A stretch of 63,770 nt of DNA, the filler included, from Chiloscyllium plagiosum (lineage: Eukaryota), in NCBI RefSeq assembly GCF_004010195.1. It is 4 parts of one record of this genome, joined end to end, with 100 filler letters (N's around TTAATTAATTAA, not from the genome) between each part and the next. Parts side by side here need not be neighbours in the genome. Positions count along the whole stretch, not along the records: positions 38,437 to 60,851 come from NC_057717.1; positions 60,952 to 63,770 come from NC_057717.1; 2 more parts are not named here. One strand, 5' to 3'. Made by a program: the position numbers and the translations under genes. The notes under the pieces were generated by a model. That model did not search any database. It saw only the letters and a program-made list of their open reading frames with translations, and was not told the origin of the DNA. Below, one piece after another: positions 50,595-62,114 of this stretch (within the stretch, counting starts at the first letter, position 1; every line of letters starts with the position of its first letter).

Positions 50595-51290
50595 AGAGAA
50601 TCATAGATATGGTATAGCATGGAAACAAACCCTTTGGTCCAACTTGTCCATGACAATCCAGTCGCACCAAACAGCACCCAGCCCATCTCCCTCTAAACCC
50701 TTCCTATTGATGTACCCATCCATATGCCTTTTAAGTTTTGCAATTGTACTGGACTCCATCACTTCCTCTGGCAGCTCATTCCAAACACGTACCACCCCCT
50801 GTGTGAAAAGGTTGCCCCTTAGGTCTCTTTTGTATATTTCCCCTCTCAGCCTAAAGCTATGCCCTCTAGTTCTGGACACTTGACCCCAGGGAAAAGACTT
50901 TGCTTATTTATCCTATACATGCCACTCATGATTTTATAAACCTCTATAATGTCGCTCCTCATGATTTTATAAACCTCTATAAGGTCACCCCTCAACCTCT
51001 GACACTCCAGGGAAAACAGCCCTAGCCCATTCAGCCTCTCCACGTAGCTAAAATACTTCAACCCTGGCAACATCCTTGTAAATCTTTTCTGAACCCTTTC
51101 AAGTTTCATAACATCCTTCTGATAGGAAAGAGACCAGAATTGCACACGGTATTCCAAAAGTGGCCTAACCATGTCCTGTACAGCCGCATAATGACCTCCC
51201 AACTCCTGTGCTCAATAATCTGACCAATAAAGGAATGCATACCAAGTGCCTTCTTTGCTATCCTATCGACCTGTGACTACTTTCAAGGAC
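50595..51290 (-). mobile_element. CR1 3' end
   Basis: VRPLLEYRVQFWS, LERVQKRFTRMLPGL, FTQGVVRVWNELP. Confidence 0.92.
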
Positions 51291-51551
51291 GTCTGTACCT
51301 CATTTGAAAAATTGGATAGACAAATGGAGTGGCCTGAGGTCTTGTGGGTAAAGCTAGTTCAATCTAAGCTGTTAGGCAGAGCCAGTGAGGTATTTGCAGC
51401 ACTGTCTCATGAGTGGCCAGGAGATTATGCACATGTCAAACAGGCTATTGTAAGTGCTTATGGATTAGTACCAGAAGCGTATCGATAGCGGTTCAGAAAC
51501 ATAAAGAAAGAAGCAGGACAGACTTATGTGGAGTTCTATACAATTAAACAG
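51290..51551 (+). mobile_element. Gmr1-like Gypsy gag (capsid, SCAN-related) fragment running into a gap
   Basis: SFEKLDRQMEWPEVLWVKLVQSKLLGRASEVFAALS...DYAHVKQAIVSAYGLVPEAYR*RFR. Confidence 0.8.
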
Positions 51552-52519
51552 NNNNNNNNNNNNNNNNNNNNNNNNNNNNNNNNNNNNNNNNNNNNNNNNN
51601 NNNNNNNNNNNNNNNNNNNNNNNNNNNNNNNNNNNNNNNNNNNNNNNNNNNNNNNNNNNNNNNNNNNNNNNNNNNNNNNNNNNNNNNNNNNNNNNNNNNN
51701 NNNNNNNNNNNNNNNNNNNNNNNNNNNNNNNNNNNNNNNNNNNNNNNNNNNNNNNNNNNNNNNNNNNNNNNNNNNNNNNNNNNNNNNNNNNNNNNNNNNN
51801 NNNNNNNNNNNNNNNNNNNNNNNNNNNNNNNNNNNNNNNNNNNNNNNNNNNNNNNNNNNNNNNNNNNNNNNNNNNNNNNNNNNNNNNNNNNNNNNNNNNN
51901 NNNNNNNNNNNNNNNNNNNNNNNNNNNNNNNNNNNNNNNNNNNNNNNNNNNNNNNNNNNNNNNNNNNNNNNNNNNNNNNNNNNNNNNNNNNNNNNNNNNN
52001 NNNNNNNNNNNNNNNNNNNNNNNNNNNNNNNNNNNNNNNNNNNNNNNNNNNNNNNNNNNNNNNNNNNNNNNNNNNNNNNNNNNNNNNNNNNNNNNNNNNN
52101 NNNNNNNNNNNNNNNNNNNNNNNNNNNNNNNNNNNNNNNNNNNNNNNNNNNNNNNNNNNNNNNNNNNNNNNNNNNNNNNNNNNNNNNNNNNNNNNNNNTC
52201 CTCCCTATCACTGTGATATTTTCCAGACTCCACAACTGTTGTTAAATGTACGACATCCTGGAATCATGTGAATGTTTCTACACCCTGATCAACATTGACC
52301 ATGTAACGATCCACAGCCCTCCACACATCCCTATCTCTGCAATCTAAACAAAGACGCTTTATCTCTCTAACTTCCTCCAAACAATAAAATGTTTTCTCCT
52401 GCGAACATTCTGTAGCAACTGTAACTATGTTTAACCCTGCAACATTGTCGCGCCCCCAAACGTCACTCCCACTCTGTGACCTCTATCCATCCCTCAAAGG
52501 CCCTCTCTCGGTGACACGC

Positions 52520-53880
52520 GCCATGCATTTGCAACAAGGCAGATGGAATGACAGTATTAACTGAAGGGAACAGATATGATCGAACTGTTATTGTGGAGGT
52601 GTGGCTGCAGCATGACCATGATCGCAATGTGATTATTGAGGGGTTGGAGGGATTTAGGCAGGGTCAGCAACAAACCACACAAGGTCCTGTTTTGTTGTGA
52701 AGAAAGGATGCAGTCAGTGCATTAGTGAGACAGCCAAGTTAATCTGGGAATCAAAATATCGAATCATTTTGAATGGACAGCTTCCAAATAGCAAGGGGGA
52801 TCTGCACGATCAAATCACAATCCATGCCCGTTGGTAAGTTGAATCCAATATTTTCTTGGTGATAGTAGACAGAGGCATGTGGAGTGGTCACTTTCTGATT
52901 GGACGTCTGTGGCCAATGCTGTTTCACAAGGATCAGTGCTGCGATGTCTGTGTGTAATTTATATCTGTGATTCAGATTGAAAGGTCAGCAGTTTGATTAG
53001 TATTTTGCAGACGACATTTGGAAAGGCATGTAATGATTAGTGATAGTTAGGGGAATTGTGGATAGTGAGGAAGAGTGTTAATACGCTTCTGTAGATCAGC
53101 TGGAACGCTGTGCAGAGAAATCGCAAATCGAATTTCATCGGGATAAATATGAAGTCAAATAGAAGAGAGAAGTAACTAATTGACTATATGGAATCATTGA
53201 TAAACAGATGACCTTGGATGCAAATCCGTAGCTCCATCAAAATAACGACACAATAGGATGGGGTGGTAAAGGAGGAGTATGGTAGGTTTCCCTTCATTGG
53301 TCACAGTATTGAGTACAGGCGTTTGCATGTCATGTTGTGAATGAATGAAACTTCATTCGGCCATGTTTGGAAGGTTGCATGTCATTCTCATCGCCACACT
53401 ACAGGAAGGAGGTTGCAACAGAGGGTTGGCAGAATGTTGCCTGGATGAGAATGTGTTTACTGTAAGGAGGTTGGACGCAGTTGGATTGTTTTGCGAGAAT
53501 ATCGGAGACTGAGGGGTGACCGGGTACAGGTATATAGCCTTAGGAGTGGCGTGAATAGTTTGGATAGTTGGAATCCTTCTTCCAATGAAGAAATATCAAA
53601 TATGAGTGCGCCTCGGTTTAAGGTGAGAGTGAGAAGTTTTAAGTGAGATGAAAGAGGCCAGTTTTCTTTACTGAGAGGGTGGAAGCTGCTCAGGAGGTGG
53701 GAGAGGTTGCAACGAGAGCAAAGTTTTGAAGTGGCATTTAGACAGAAACATGAACAGGCAGAGAATAGAGGGATATCGTCCATGTGCAGGCAGATGGGAT
53801 TAGTTTAGAATAGCATCATGATCAACACAGCCATGGTGAGCCGAAGGGCCTATTACTGTGCTGTACTGTTCTAGTTTCTA
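52520..53880 (+). mobile_element. Old CR1 fragments (endonuclease, RT, 3' end)
   Basis: CAAGGATCAGTGCTG, TTTGCAGACGAC (FADD), CTGAGGGGTGAC, 3' GAAGGGCC...CTGTGCTGTACTGTTCTA. Confidence 0.8.
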
Positions 53881-54419
53881 ACTTAACGACATCTAACCTG
53901 TCAAAGCCCCTCAGAATCCTAGATGTTTCATTCAATTTCTCTCCCATTCTTCAAATCCCCAATGGGTTCAAGGTCTATCTACTCCACCTCTTCTCATTGG
54001 AATATCCCGCNNNNNNNNNNNNNNNNNNNNNNNNNNNNNNNNNNNNNNNNNNNNNNNNNNNNNNNNNNNNNNNNNNNNNNNNNNNNNNNNNNNNNNNNNN
54101 NNNNNNNNNNNNNNNNNNNNNNNNNNNNNNNNNNNNNNNNNNNNNNNNNNNNNNNNNNNNNNNNNNNNNNNNNNNNNNNNNNNNNNNNNNNNNNNNNNNN
54201 NNNNNNNNNNNNNNNNNNNNNNNNNNNNNNNNNNNNNNNNNNNNNNNNNNNNNNNNNNNNNNNNNNNNNNNNNNNNNNNNNNNNNNNNNNNNNNNNNNNN
54301 NNNNNNNNNNNNNNNNNNNNNNNNNNNNNNNNNNNNNNNNNNNNNNNNNNNNNNNNNNNNNNNNNNNNNNNNNNNNNNNNNNNNNNNNNNNNNNNNNNNN
54401 NNNNNNNNNNNNNNNNNNA

Positions 54420-55450
54420 AGCTCGGGAACTTGGGAAAATACATAGTGATGTCTTGAAAAGAGTGCACATTGGAGAACAGGTGGAGCTGGATGTCTTAAA
54501 ATGCAAAAAAGTTAGATAAAACCTTGGGACATGATCAGATGTACCCCAGCGACTTGTGAGAAGGGAGGGAGGAAATTACAGGGCCCCTCCCAGAGATATT
54601 TGTATCATCAACAGCCACTACAGCCCAGTGAGACTGATGGCAGCGGTGGTAAGTTGTTGGAGGAGATTCTGAGAGAAACCATCATCATGCAGTTGGAAAA
54701 GCAAGGACAGATCAATGACAGTCAGCATGGTTTTGTGCACGGGAAACCATGTCTCAAACCTCCCTGTGGAGGTAGACAAGTGAGAGATCAAAGCAGAGCA
54801 GGACGTGATGTCTCCATGGACCTTAGCAAGGCCTTTGACAAGGTTCTGGATGGCAGATTGGTTCGTAAGTTGAGATCACACATAACCAGGGAGTGCTCAC
54901 TAACTGGATACAAAATAGGTTTGACAGTAGGAGACGGAGCGTGATCATAGAGGGCTACTGCTCAAACTGCAGGCCTGTGACCAACGGTGTGCCATGGGGT
55001 TCGGTGCTGAGTCACTGTTGTGCATCATTTATATAAACAGTTTGGATGATAATACAGGAGTCATGGTTAGCAAGTTTGTGAGTGAGACTGAAATTGGTGA
55101 TAAAGTGGACAGTGAAGAGGGTTATCGAAGAGTACAATGGGATCAAAAGTACTGCTGTGCCAGTGAGGTTAGGAATAGCAGGTGGAGAAATGCAAGATGT
55201 TGTATTGTGGTAAAACAGACCAGGCTGGACTTGTACAGTTAATGTTCGGGTCCTGGGTAGTGTTGTCAATCAGTGACCCAGGGATGCAGTTACACAGATC
55301 TTTGAAAGTGGTGTCACAGGTAGACAGGCTGGTGAAGCAGGCGTTTGGGATGGTTACCTTAATTGGGCAGAGCATTGAGAATAGGAGTTGGGATGCCATG
55401 GTGTATCTGTACAGGATATTAGTGAGGCCACTGTATAGGTATTGTTGATT
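54420..55450 (+). mobile_element. CR1 RT fragment
   Basis: SQHGFVHGKPCL, MDLSKAFDKV, LYRILVRPL. Confidence 0.88.
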
Positions 55451-56434
55451 ATCTGGTAAAAATTAACTTATTCACGTATGTCCTTTAGGGAGGGACATCT
55501 GACATTCTTACCTGGTCTGGCTCACATGTGACTCCAGTCCCACAGCAATATGGCTGACTCTGAGCTGCCTCTGGGCAAGTAGCAGTGGGATAATGTATGC
55601 TGGTCCATCCGGTGACATCCTCAGGCCATGAATGAATCAACGAAAATACAGATGTCCATCCCTACCTCTGCAAACAGCTCTAGTTGCAGCACATCGTACT
55701 GGCTTTGTGACATTGTTCAGGCCTTTGTTCCTCTCTGTAACACCCTCACCACCTCCAACACCTTCACCTCTCCCTGTTCCGATCATCTGATTAAACGCTG
55801 ACGTTTCCTCTTCCTACTGCACTCCTCCTGCTCGGAGACTCCCTAGCGATCTCTTTAACAAATGGGTCCACATTTCTAAATGTTGGCTTCTTCAGAATTG
55901 ATAGTTTTTTTTNNNNNNNNNNNNNNNNNNNNNNNNNNNNNNNNNNNNNNNNNNNNNNNNNNNNNNNNNNNNNNNNNNNNNNNNNNNNNNNNNNNNNNNN
56001 NNNNNNNNNNNNNNNNNNNNNNNNNNNNNNNNNNNNNNNNNNNNNNNNNNNNNNNNNNNNNNNNNNNNNNNNNNNNNNNNNNNNNNNNNNNNNNNNNNNN
56101 NNNNNNNNNNNNAAGGTTGAATCCCCTCACAATTATCCCAGTGCGTTTGTTATAAATTCAAACAATTCCCTGTTAATACAGTGTCTAATAATGTGATATC
56201 ACTCAGTATCTCTCCATATGGTATCGCTCGCTGTGTCGGTCGAAATGCTGCCTCTGTCAGCATTTCTCGCTCTTAGATCCTGAGTCAACAGAGAGACTCA
56301 GAGAGACACAACAGCACAGGCCAGGGATGGAGACTGAGATTTCCGAAATCTCTGCTGGACTCAGTGCCACTCTGCATGGGTTATCCTCATTGCATCAGTC
56401 TAATTTCCATTCTGTCTATTTCTGTCTCATGCAG

Positions 56435-56546
56435 GTAATCAGGCTGTTCCTAACTCTTGTGTCATCCATCACCTCATTGAAGCTGGTTAGTCAGCCAGAT
56501 AGAGATGGAGAGAGAGATCTGGTGCCTTCAGTAAATCCTGCAGCCG
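56435..56546 (+). CDS. Candidate open exon of an unidentified gene (paralogue of 41641-41775)
   Basis: TTCTGTCTCATGCAG|GTA and CCG|GTAAGA; VIRLFLTLVSSITSLKLVSQPDRDGERDLVPSVNPAA; both splice sites kept in the two paralogues. Confidence 0.35.
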
Positions 56547-58935
56547 GTAAGATCGCTCACAGTAAGCAGCACAGGGTGGAGGTAGTAGACTTCTATATTC
56601 AGACCTGGAAAACCGGGCAAAGATACAGAGCTGGGCAAGGAACAGCAACATTCTAGGCTTCATTCCCACCATCTTCTGAGGGTCCTGCTTTCACCTCTGG
56701 TGTCCTGGTCCTCGATGCGACAGCACAGGGGATCGCAGGCATCAATCCTGACCCATGCTGTATTCGTGATCTCTGTAATATTCTCCAGTCCCAATAATCC
56801 TTCCTCTGTTTGGAATCTCCTCTCGTCCACCCCACACCTCTGTCTTTGTCTCTGTCAGGTTCTCCAGTCCCTAACACACTAATCCCTAAACTTCTCCAGT
56901 AGATACTAAATTCCTTCATCCCTGTAAACCCTGAGAGCCCTGTCTATCCCTGTAAGCTCCTCCCACCAATACCACCCTCCATGTCAATGTATTTGTCTTT
57001 AACCTCTCCATTGGTCCCTACCTATGTAATCTTCTCCAGCTCCTACAACCCTTCCTTAGCTGTGAAAGATTTGTAATCTCCTTATCCTTCTCCAATTCTT
57101 TGATCTTTATCTTGTTAAATTTCGCCCTCAGTCCCGACACTATACACCTCCAGACCACAGGAACCTCTTTCGGTTTGTGTAACCCTCCCTATCTGTGTAA
57201 CTGTCTCCAACTCGCCAACATGGCATTCTCCATTGCCTTCCTATCTCTGTAGCCTCCAGAGCCTAGAAGCCTTCTTATATCTGTAAACGTTTTCAGTCCT
57301 ACAACCTTCCATATCTCTGTTAGTATGCACAATAATCTCCTAGATGAAACAGCCCCGCCTGTGCCTCTCAGTCTGCCTACCTCTTCCTTCCTCCATCCCT
57401 ATCCCTATTTCCAGAATCTAATCCAGCTCCCTCTATCTCTGTAAATTCCTCCAATCCCCAAACTCCTTTGTCCCACTGACATTCTTGACCCAGATGTAAC
57501 TCTGTTTAACTCTAACATCCTCGAGTCCCTGTAAGCCTCCCTATCTCTGTAATCTCTACGCATCTGTTCAACCCCTCACCACTACTGAGGAATGACTCCC
57601 TGTATTCGCCATGAGGCAGATGGAATGACAGTGAACAGATATGATGGAACTATCTGTTAGATGCTGAATGACCATCGCTGGGAGGTGAATACTGAAGGTT
57701 TGTTGGGATAGAGTCATCGAGTCAGAGGAATGTACAGCATGGAAACCGACACTTCGGTCCAACCCATCCATGCTGAGCAGATATCCCAACCCAATCTCGT
57801 CCCAATAGGCAGACTAGGCAAAAAGCCAACAAGTTGTGAAGGAAGGATGAGGTTAATGTATTAATGAGACAGTCATGAATATGAAAAGTGGAGCTGAGAA
57901 TAAGCAAGCAGCAGCAACCGTTAGCAGGAATTCATTTGCAGGCACCAACCAGTGATGGGAATGTCAATATGGTTACAGTCAGGACAGTACAAGGGCAGTA
58001 CAGTAACTGTGTGTGACAGTGGTCTCCATGCCAACTGATACAGCACTGACTCTCAAAGCTGTAACAGATAGAATCCTGGATTGTATGTGAGATGGTTTTC
58101 TATAACATCATATCATATTTGTAGATCAAATGCTGTGTCCTAATAAATATCCAATAATCCCATTATAAAGGAGTTTTGTGAGCAGAGACCCATAATNNNN
58201 NNNNNNNNNNNNNNNNNNNNNNNNNNNNNNNNNNNNNNNNNNNNNNNNNNNNNNNNNNNNNNNNNNNNNNNNNNNNNNNNNNNNNNNNNNNNNNNNNNNN
58301 NNNNNNNNNNNNNNNNNNNNNNNNNNNNNNNNNNNNNNNNNNNNNNNNNNNNNNNNNNNNNNNNNNNNNNNNNNNNNNNNNNNGAAAATGGCAACAGAAG
58401 TGTTTCAGATGGGAAAGAAAGCAAATGGAACACTGNNNNNNNNNNNNNNNNNNNNNNNNNNNNNNNNNNNNNNNNNNNNNNNNNNNNNNNNNNNNNNNNN
58501 NNNNNNNNNNNNNNNNNNNNNNNNNNNNNNNNNNNNNNNNNNNNNNNNNNNNNNNNNNNNNNNNNNNNNNNNNNNNNNNNNNNNNNNNNNNNNNNNNNNN
58601 NNNNNNNNNNNNNNNNNNNNNNNNNNNNNNNNNNNNNNNNNNNNNNNNNNNNNNNNNNNNNNNNNNNNNNNNNNNNNNNNNNNNNNNNNNNNNNNNNNNN
58701 NNNNNNNNNNNNNNNNNNNNNNNNNNNNNNNNNNNNNNNNNNNNNNNNNNNNNNNNNNNNNNNNNNNNNNNNNNNNNNNNNNNNNNNNNNNNNNNNNNNN
58801 NNNNNNNNNNNNNNNNNNNNNNNNNNNNNNNNNNNNNNNNNNNNNNNNNNNNNNNNNNNNNNNNNNNNNNNNNNNNNNNNNNNNNNNNNNNNNNNNNNNN
58901 NNNNNNNNNNNNNNNNNNNNNNNNNNNNNNNNNNN

Positions 58936-60620
58936 TGAGAAATTAGACTGAATGATCAGTTTGATATGACTGTACTACAGTGTTCGGGAAATTGAGCAGC
59001 AAATATGTTGGAGATCTCAGATATCTGTAAGAATGATAGGGCTGTATTGGTCGGGGATTTTAACTTTCTAAACCTAGACTGGTATTGCCGGAGTGTTCAC
59101 AGCTTGGATAGAAGAAATTTGTTCAGTGTGTTCAAGAAAANNNNNNNNNNNNNNNNNNNNNNNNNNNNNNNNNNNNNNNNNNNNNNNNNNNNNNNNNNNN
59201 NNNNNNNNNNNNNNNNNNNNNNNNNNNNNNNNNNNNNNNNNNNNNNNNNNNNNNNNNNNNNNNNNNNNNNNNNNNNNNNNNNNNNNNNNNNNNNNNNNNN
59301 NNNNNNNNNNNNNNNNNNNNNNNNNNNNNNNNNNNNNNNNNNNNNNNNNNNNNNNNNNNNNNNNNNNNNNNNNNNNNNNNNNNNNNNNNNNNNNNNNNNN
59401 NNNNNNNNNNNNNNNNNNNNNNNNNNNNNNNNNNNNNNNNNNNNNNNNNNNNNNNNNNNNNNNNNNNNNNNNNNNNNNNNNNNNNNNNNNNNNNNNNNNN
59501 NNNNNNNNNNNNNNNNNNNNNNNNNNNNNNNNNNNNNNNNNNNNNNNNNNNNNNNNNNNNNNNNNNNNNNNNNNNNNNNNNNNNNNNNNNNNNNNNNNNN
59601 NNNNNNNNNNNNNNNNNNNNNNNNNNNNNNNNNNNNNNNNNNNNNNNNNNNNNNNNNNNNNNNNNNNNNNNNNNNNNNNNNNNNNNNNNNNNNNNNNNNN
59701 NNNNNNNNNNNNNNNNNNNNNNNNNNNNNNNNNNNNNNNNGTCTCAGTCAGCATGTAACTGGTCCGACTGGAGGAAGGGACAAAAACTGACCCCCCTTCG
59801 GGAAACAAGGGAGAGAACGGGGCTGAAGCGTTTTTGGGGGAGCACTTTGGCAAAGTCACCACAATTGTATTAGTTTGAAAATAGCGATGGAAAAGGACAG
59901 GCCTGGTCCACAAGTTAAATATCAAAACTGGCCTTGCCCCAGTCCAGAAGGTATTCGGCAAGACTGTCCAAAAGTTTATTCGTGGAGGCTATTTGAATGT
60001 GAAGAGCCGTCGGGCAAGTGGGAATCTTTCAAAAGAGAGATAAATTAAGATTTCAGGGACAGCATATTCCTGTTAGTATGAAGGACAATGCGGACACAAG
60101 TGGCATTGGGTGACTTGGAATATTGAGGTTCTGGTCAAGACAAAAGGGGGCAGATGTCCTATATAGCCAGCTGAATTAACTCGATCCCTTGAAGAACATT
60201 GTGGGTGTAGTAATACTATTAAGGGGGAAACCATGAGGGCCTAAAGGGGAACTGACAGAGCTTTGGCAGATAAGGTTCAGGAAAATCCAAAAGATTCTAC
60301 AAATATATTAACAACAGAAGATTAACTCGAGACAGAATGTGACCCCTGAAAGATCAATGAAGCCATCCGTGTGTGAACCCACAGGAAATGGGTGAGATCC
60401 GAAACAAAAAATTCAAGTCAGAACTTCCTGTGGAACAAAAACACTGGGAAAGCAGGGAAATAAACAGTGATGTATTCAAAAGAGTCCACATTGGCGAACA
60501 GGAGGTGATGAAGGTTTTAAAACGCATTAAATTTAGACAACTCCCAGGGAACTAAACAAGAATATCCCAGGACATTGGGGCAAATTAGGTAAGAAACTTA
60601 CAAGGATATTTCTATCTATC
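58936..60620 (+). mobile_element. CR1 endonuclease and linker fragments across gaps
   Basis: VLVGDFNFLNLDW, GEHFGK, ENPKRFYKY-like sequence. Confidence 0.8.
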
Positions 60621-60625
60621 ATGGA

Positions 60626-60851
60626 TGGAAATGTGTTGCTGGAAAAGCGCAGCAGGCCAGGCAGCATCTAGGGAACAGGAGAATCGACGTTTCGGGCATT
60701 AGCCCTTCTTCAGGAATGAGGAAAGTTGGTCCAGCAGGCTAAGATAAAAGATAGGGAGGAGGGACGTGGGGGAGGGGCGTCGGAAATGTGATAGGTGGAA
60801 AGAGGACAAGGTGAGGGTGATAGGTCAGACTGGGGGGGGGGCGGAGAGGTC
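60626..60851 (-). mobile_element. Young Penelope terminal repeat (family B) with hammerhead at 60686-60713
   Basis: Near-identical to 18746-18972; minus CTGAAGAAGGGCTAATGCCCGAAACGTC. Confidence 0.9.
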
Positions 60852-61378
60852 NNNNNNNNNNNNNNNNNNNNNNNNNNNNNNNNNNNNNNNNNNNNTTAAT
60901 TAATTAANNNNNNNNNNNNNNNNNNNNNNNNNNNNNNNNNNNNNNNNNNNNAGAGAGACCACTCGTGGTGGTTTAACCTGAGGGTGAGCACACCTAAGGT
61001 GTTGGGGTGAGGCTGAGAGAGTGTCCACTTCATTGTAACCTCTGTCAGTGTGGGAAATTGAACCTGGTGTCCTCCCTCTGCATCACAAACCATCCATCCA
61101 ACCAAATGAGTAGGAGTCTGTGTAACTGTTACAGACAGGAACAGCCACAGTCAAAGGACAATAGAAACTTTCATAACATGGGAAAAAGGCACAAATCAGA
61201 TAACGGTCAAGGTAACGGCTTAGGATAAAAATGTTCTCGGCTAGAAATTGTATTTTATAACGAGATAAGTGTTTAGAAGCTGTCTTTTGGCTGAATAAAA
61301 TAAGGTGAGACACGTGAAATAACCAGAATACTAATTGTTATTGCTTATCAACAACAATAAAATAAATGTAGATTTTGG

Positions 61379-61561
61379 TCAGTCTGTGTAAAATGAGTTT
61401 ATCATTACATAAAAGTAGACAACTGATGGAATATATTGTTTGGAGTGTCCGTCCCCGAGGGAAATGCCCTCGAACATGCGCTTGAAGAAAACCAGAGTAA
61501 AAGTGTCTGAGTGTCCTTTGGTCTGTGACAGGAACCCAGGGGGTTGAATAATTGAAATTTC
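61379..61561 (-). CDS. Candidate exon of an unidentified gene
   Basis: TTGCAG|GAA acceptor; EISIIQPPGFLSQTKGHSDTFTLVFFKRMFEGISLGDG...; paralogue at 36282 reads ELSVIQ after a conserved CAG. Confidence 0.35.
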   Translation of the reverse strand, partial: EISIIQPPGFLSQTKGHSDTFTLVFFKRMFEGISLGDGHSKQYIPSVVYFYVMINSFYTD

Positions 61562-61621
61562 CTGCAACATGGAGCTGAGAAAACCATCAAATACGCCGCA
61601 ATCTTATTATGTGCTAGCGCA

Positions 61622-61927
61622 CGGCACGGTGGCACAGTGGTTAGCACTATTGCCTCACAGTGCTAGAGACCCGGGTTCAATTCCCCCCTCAGGCGACTGA
61701 CTGTGTGGAGTTTGCACATTCTCCCCGTGTCTGCGTTTCCTCCGGGTGCTCCGGTTTCCTCCCACAATCCAAAAAATGTGCAGGTTAGGCAAATTGGCCA
61801 TGCTAAATTGCCCGTAGTGTTAGGTGTAGAGGTAATAGGTCTGGGTGGGTTATGCTTCGGCGGGTCGGTGTGGACTTGTTGGGCCGAAGGGCCTGTTTCC
61901 ACACTGTAAGTAATCTAATCTAATCTA
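61622..61927 (+). mobile_element. Full-length HE1 SINE (elasmobranch V-SINE)
   Basis: A-box TGGCACAGTGG, B-box GGTTCAATTCC, V-domain TGTGGAGTTTGCACATTCTCCCCGTG...GGTTTCCTCCCAC, CR1-derived end GGGCCGAAGGGCCTGTTTCC, (TAATC)n tail. Confidence 0.95.
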
Positions 61928-62031
61928 AAAAAAAAGCACATTAGAAGGGTTGATTGGCCTTGTGATGGATTTTAGTTGTATGTGATTTGAATAACATACA
62001 TCTCTACTCCTTTCCTTTATATGTTACATAC

Positions 62032-62114
62032 TGGTGCATTGACATTTTCCTGAAAAAGGAAATTACTTGGAACATTTTCTGGAACATCCCATAATCGGCA
62101 TTCTCCAGAATATT
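62032..62114 (-). CDS. Candidate internal exon of an unidentified gene
   Basis: First AG after a polypyrimidine tract, CCA|GTATGT donor; (E)YSGECRLWDVPENVPSNFLFQENVNAP; joins in phase 0 to the 61561 exon. Confidence 0.3.

Noticed and set aside
51465..59961. Long ORFs of 150-295 aa
   Set aside because: They consist mostly of N gaps.
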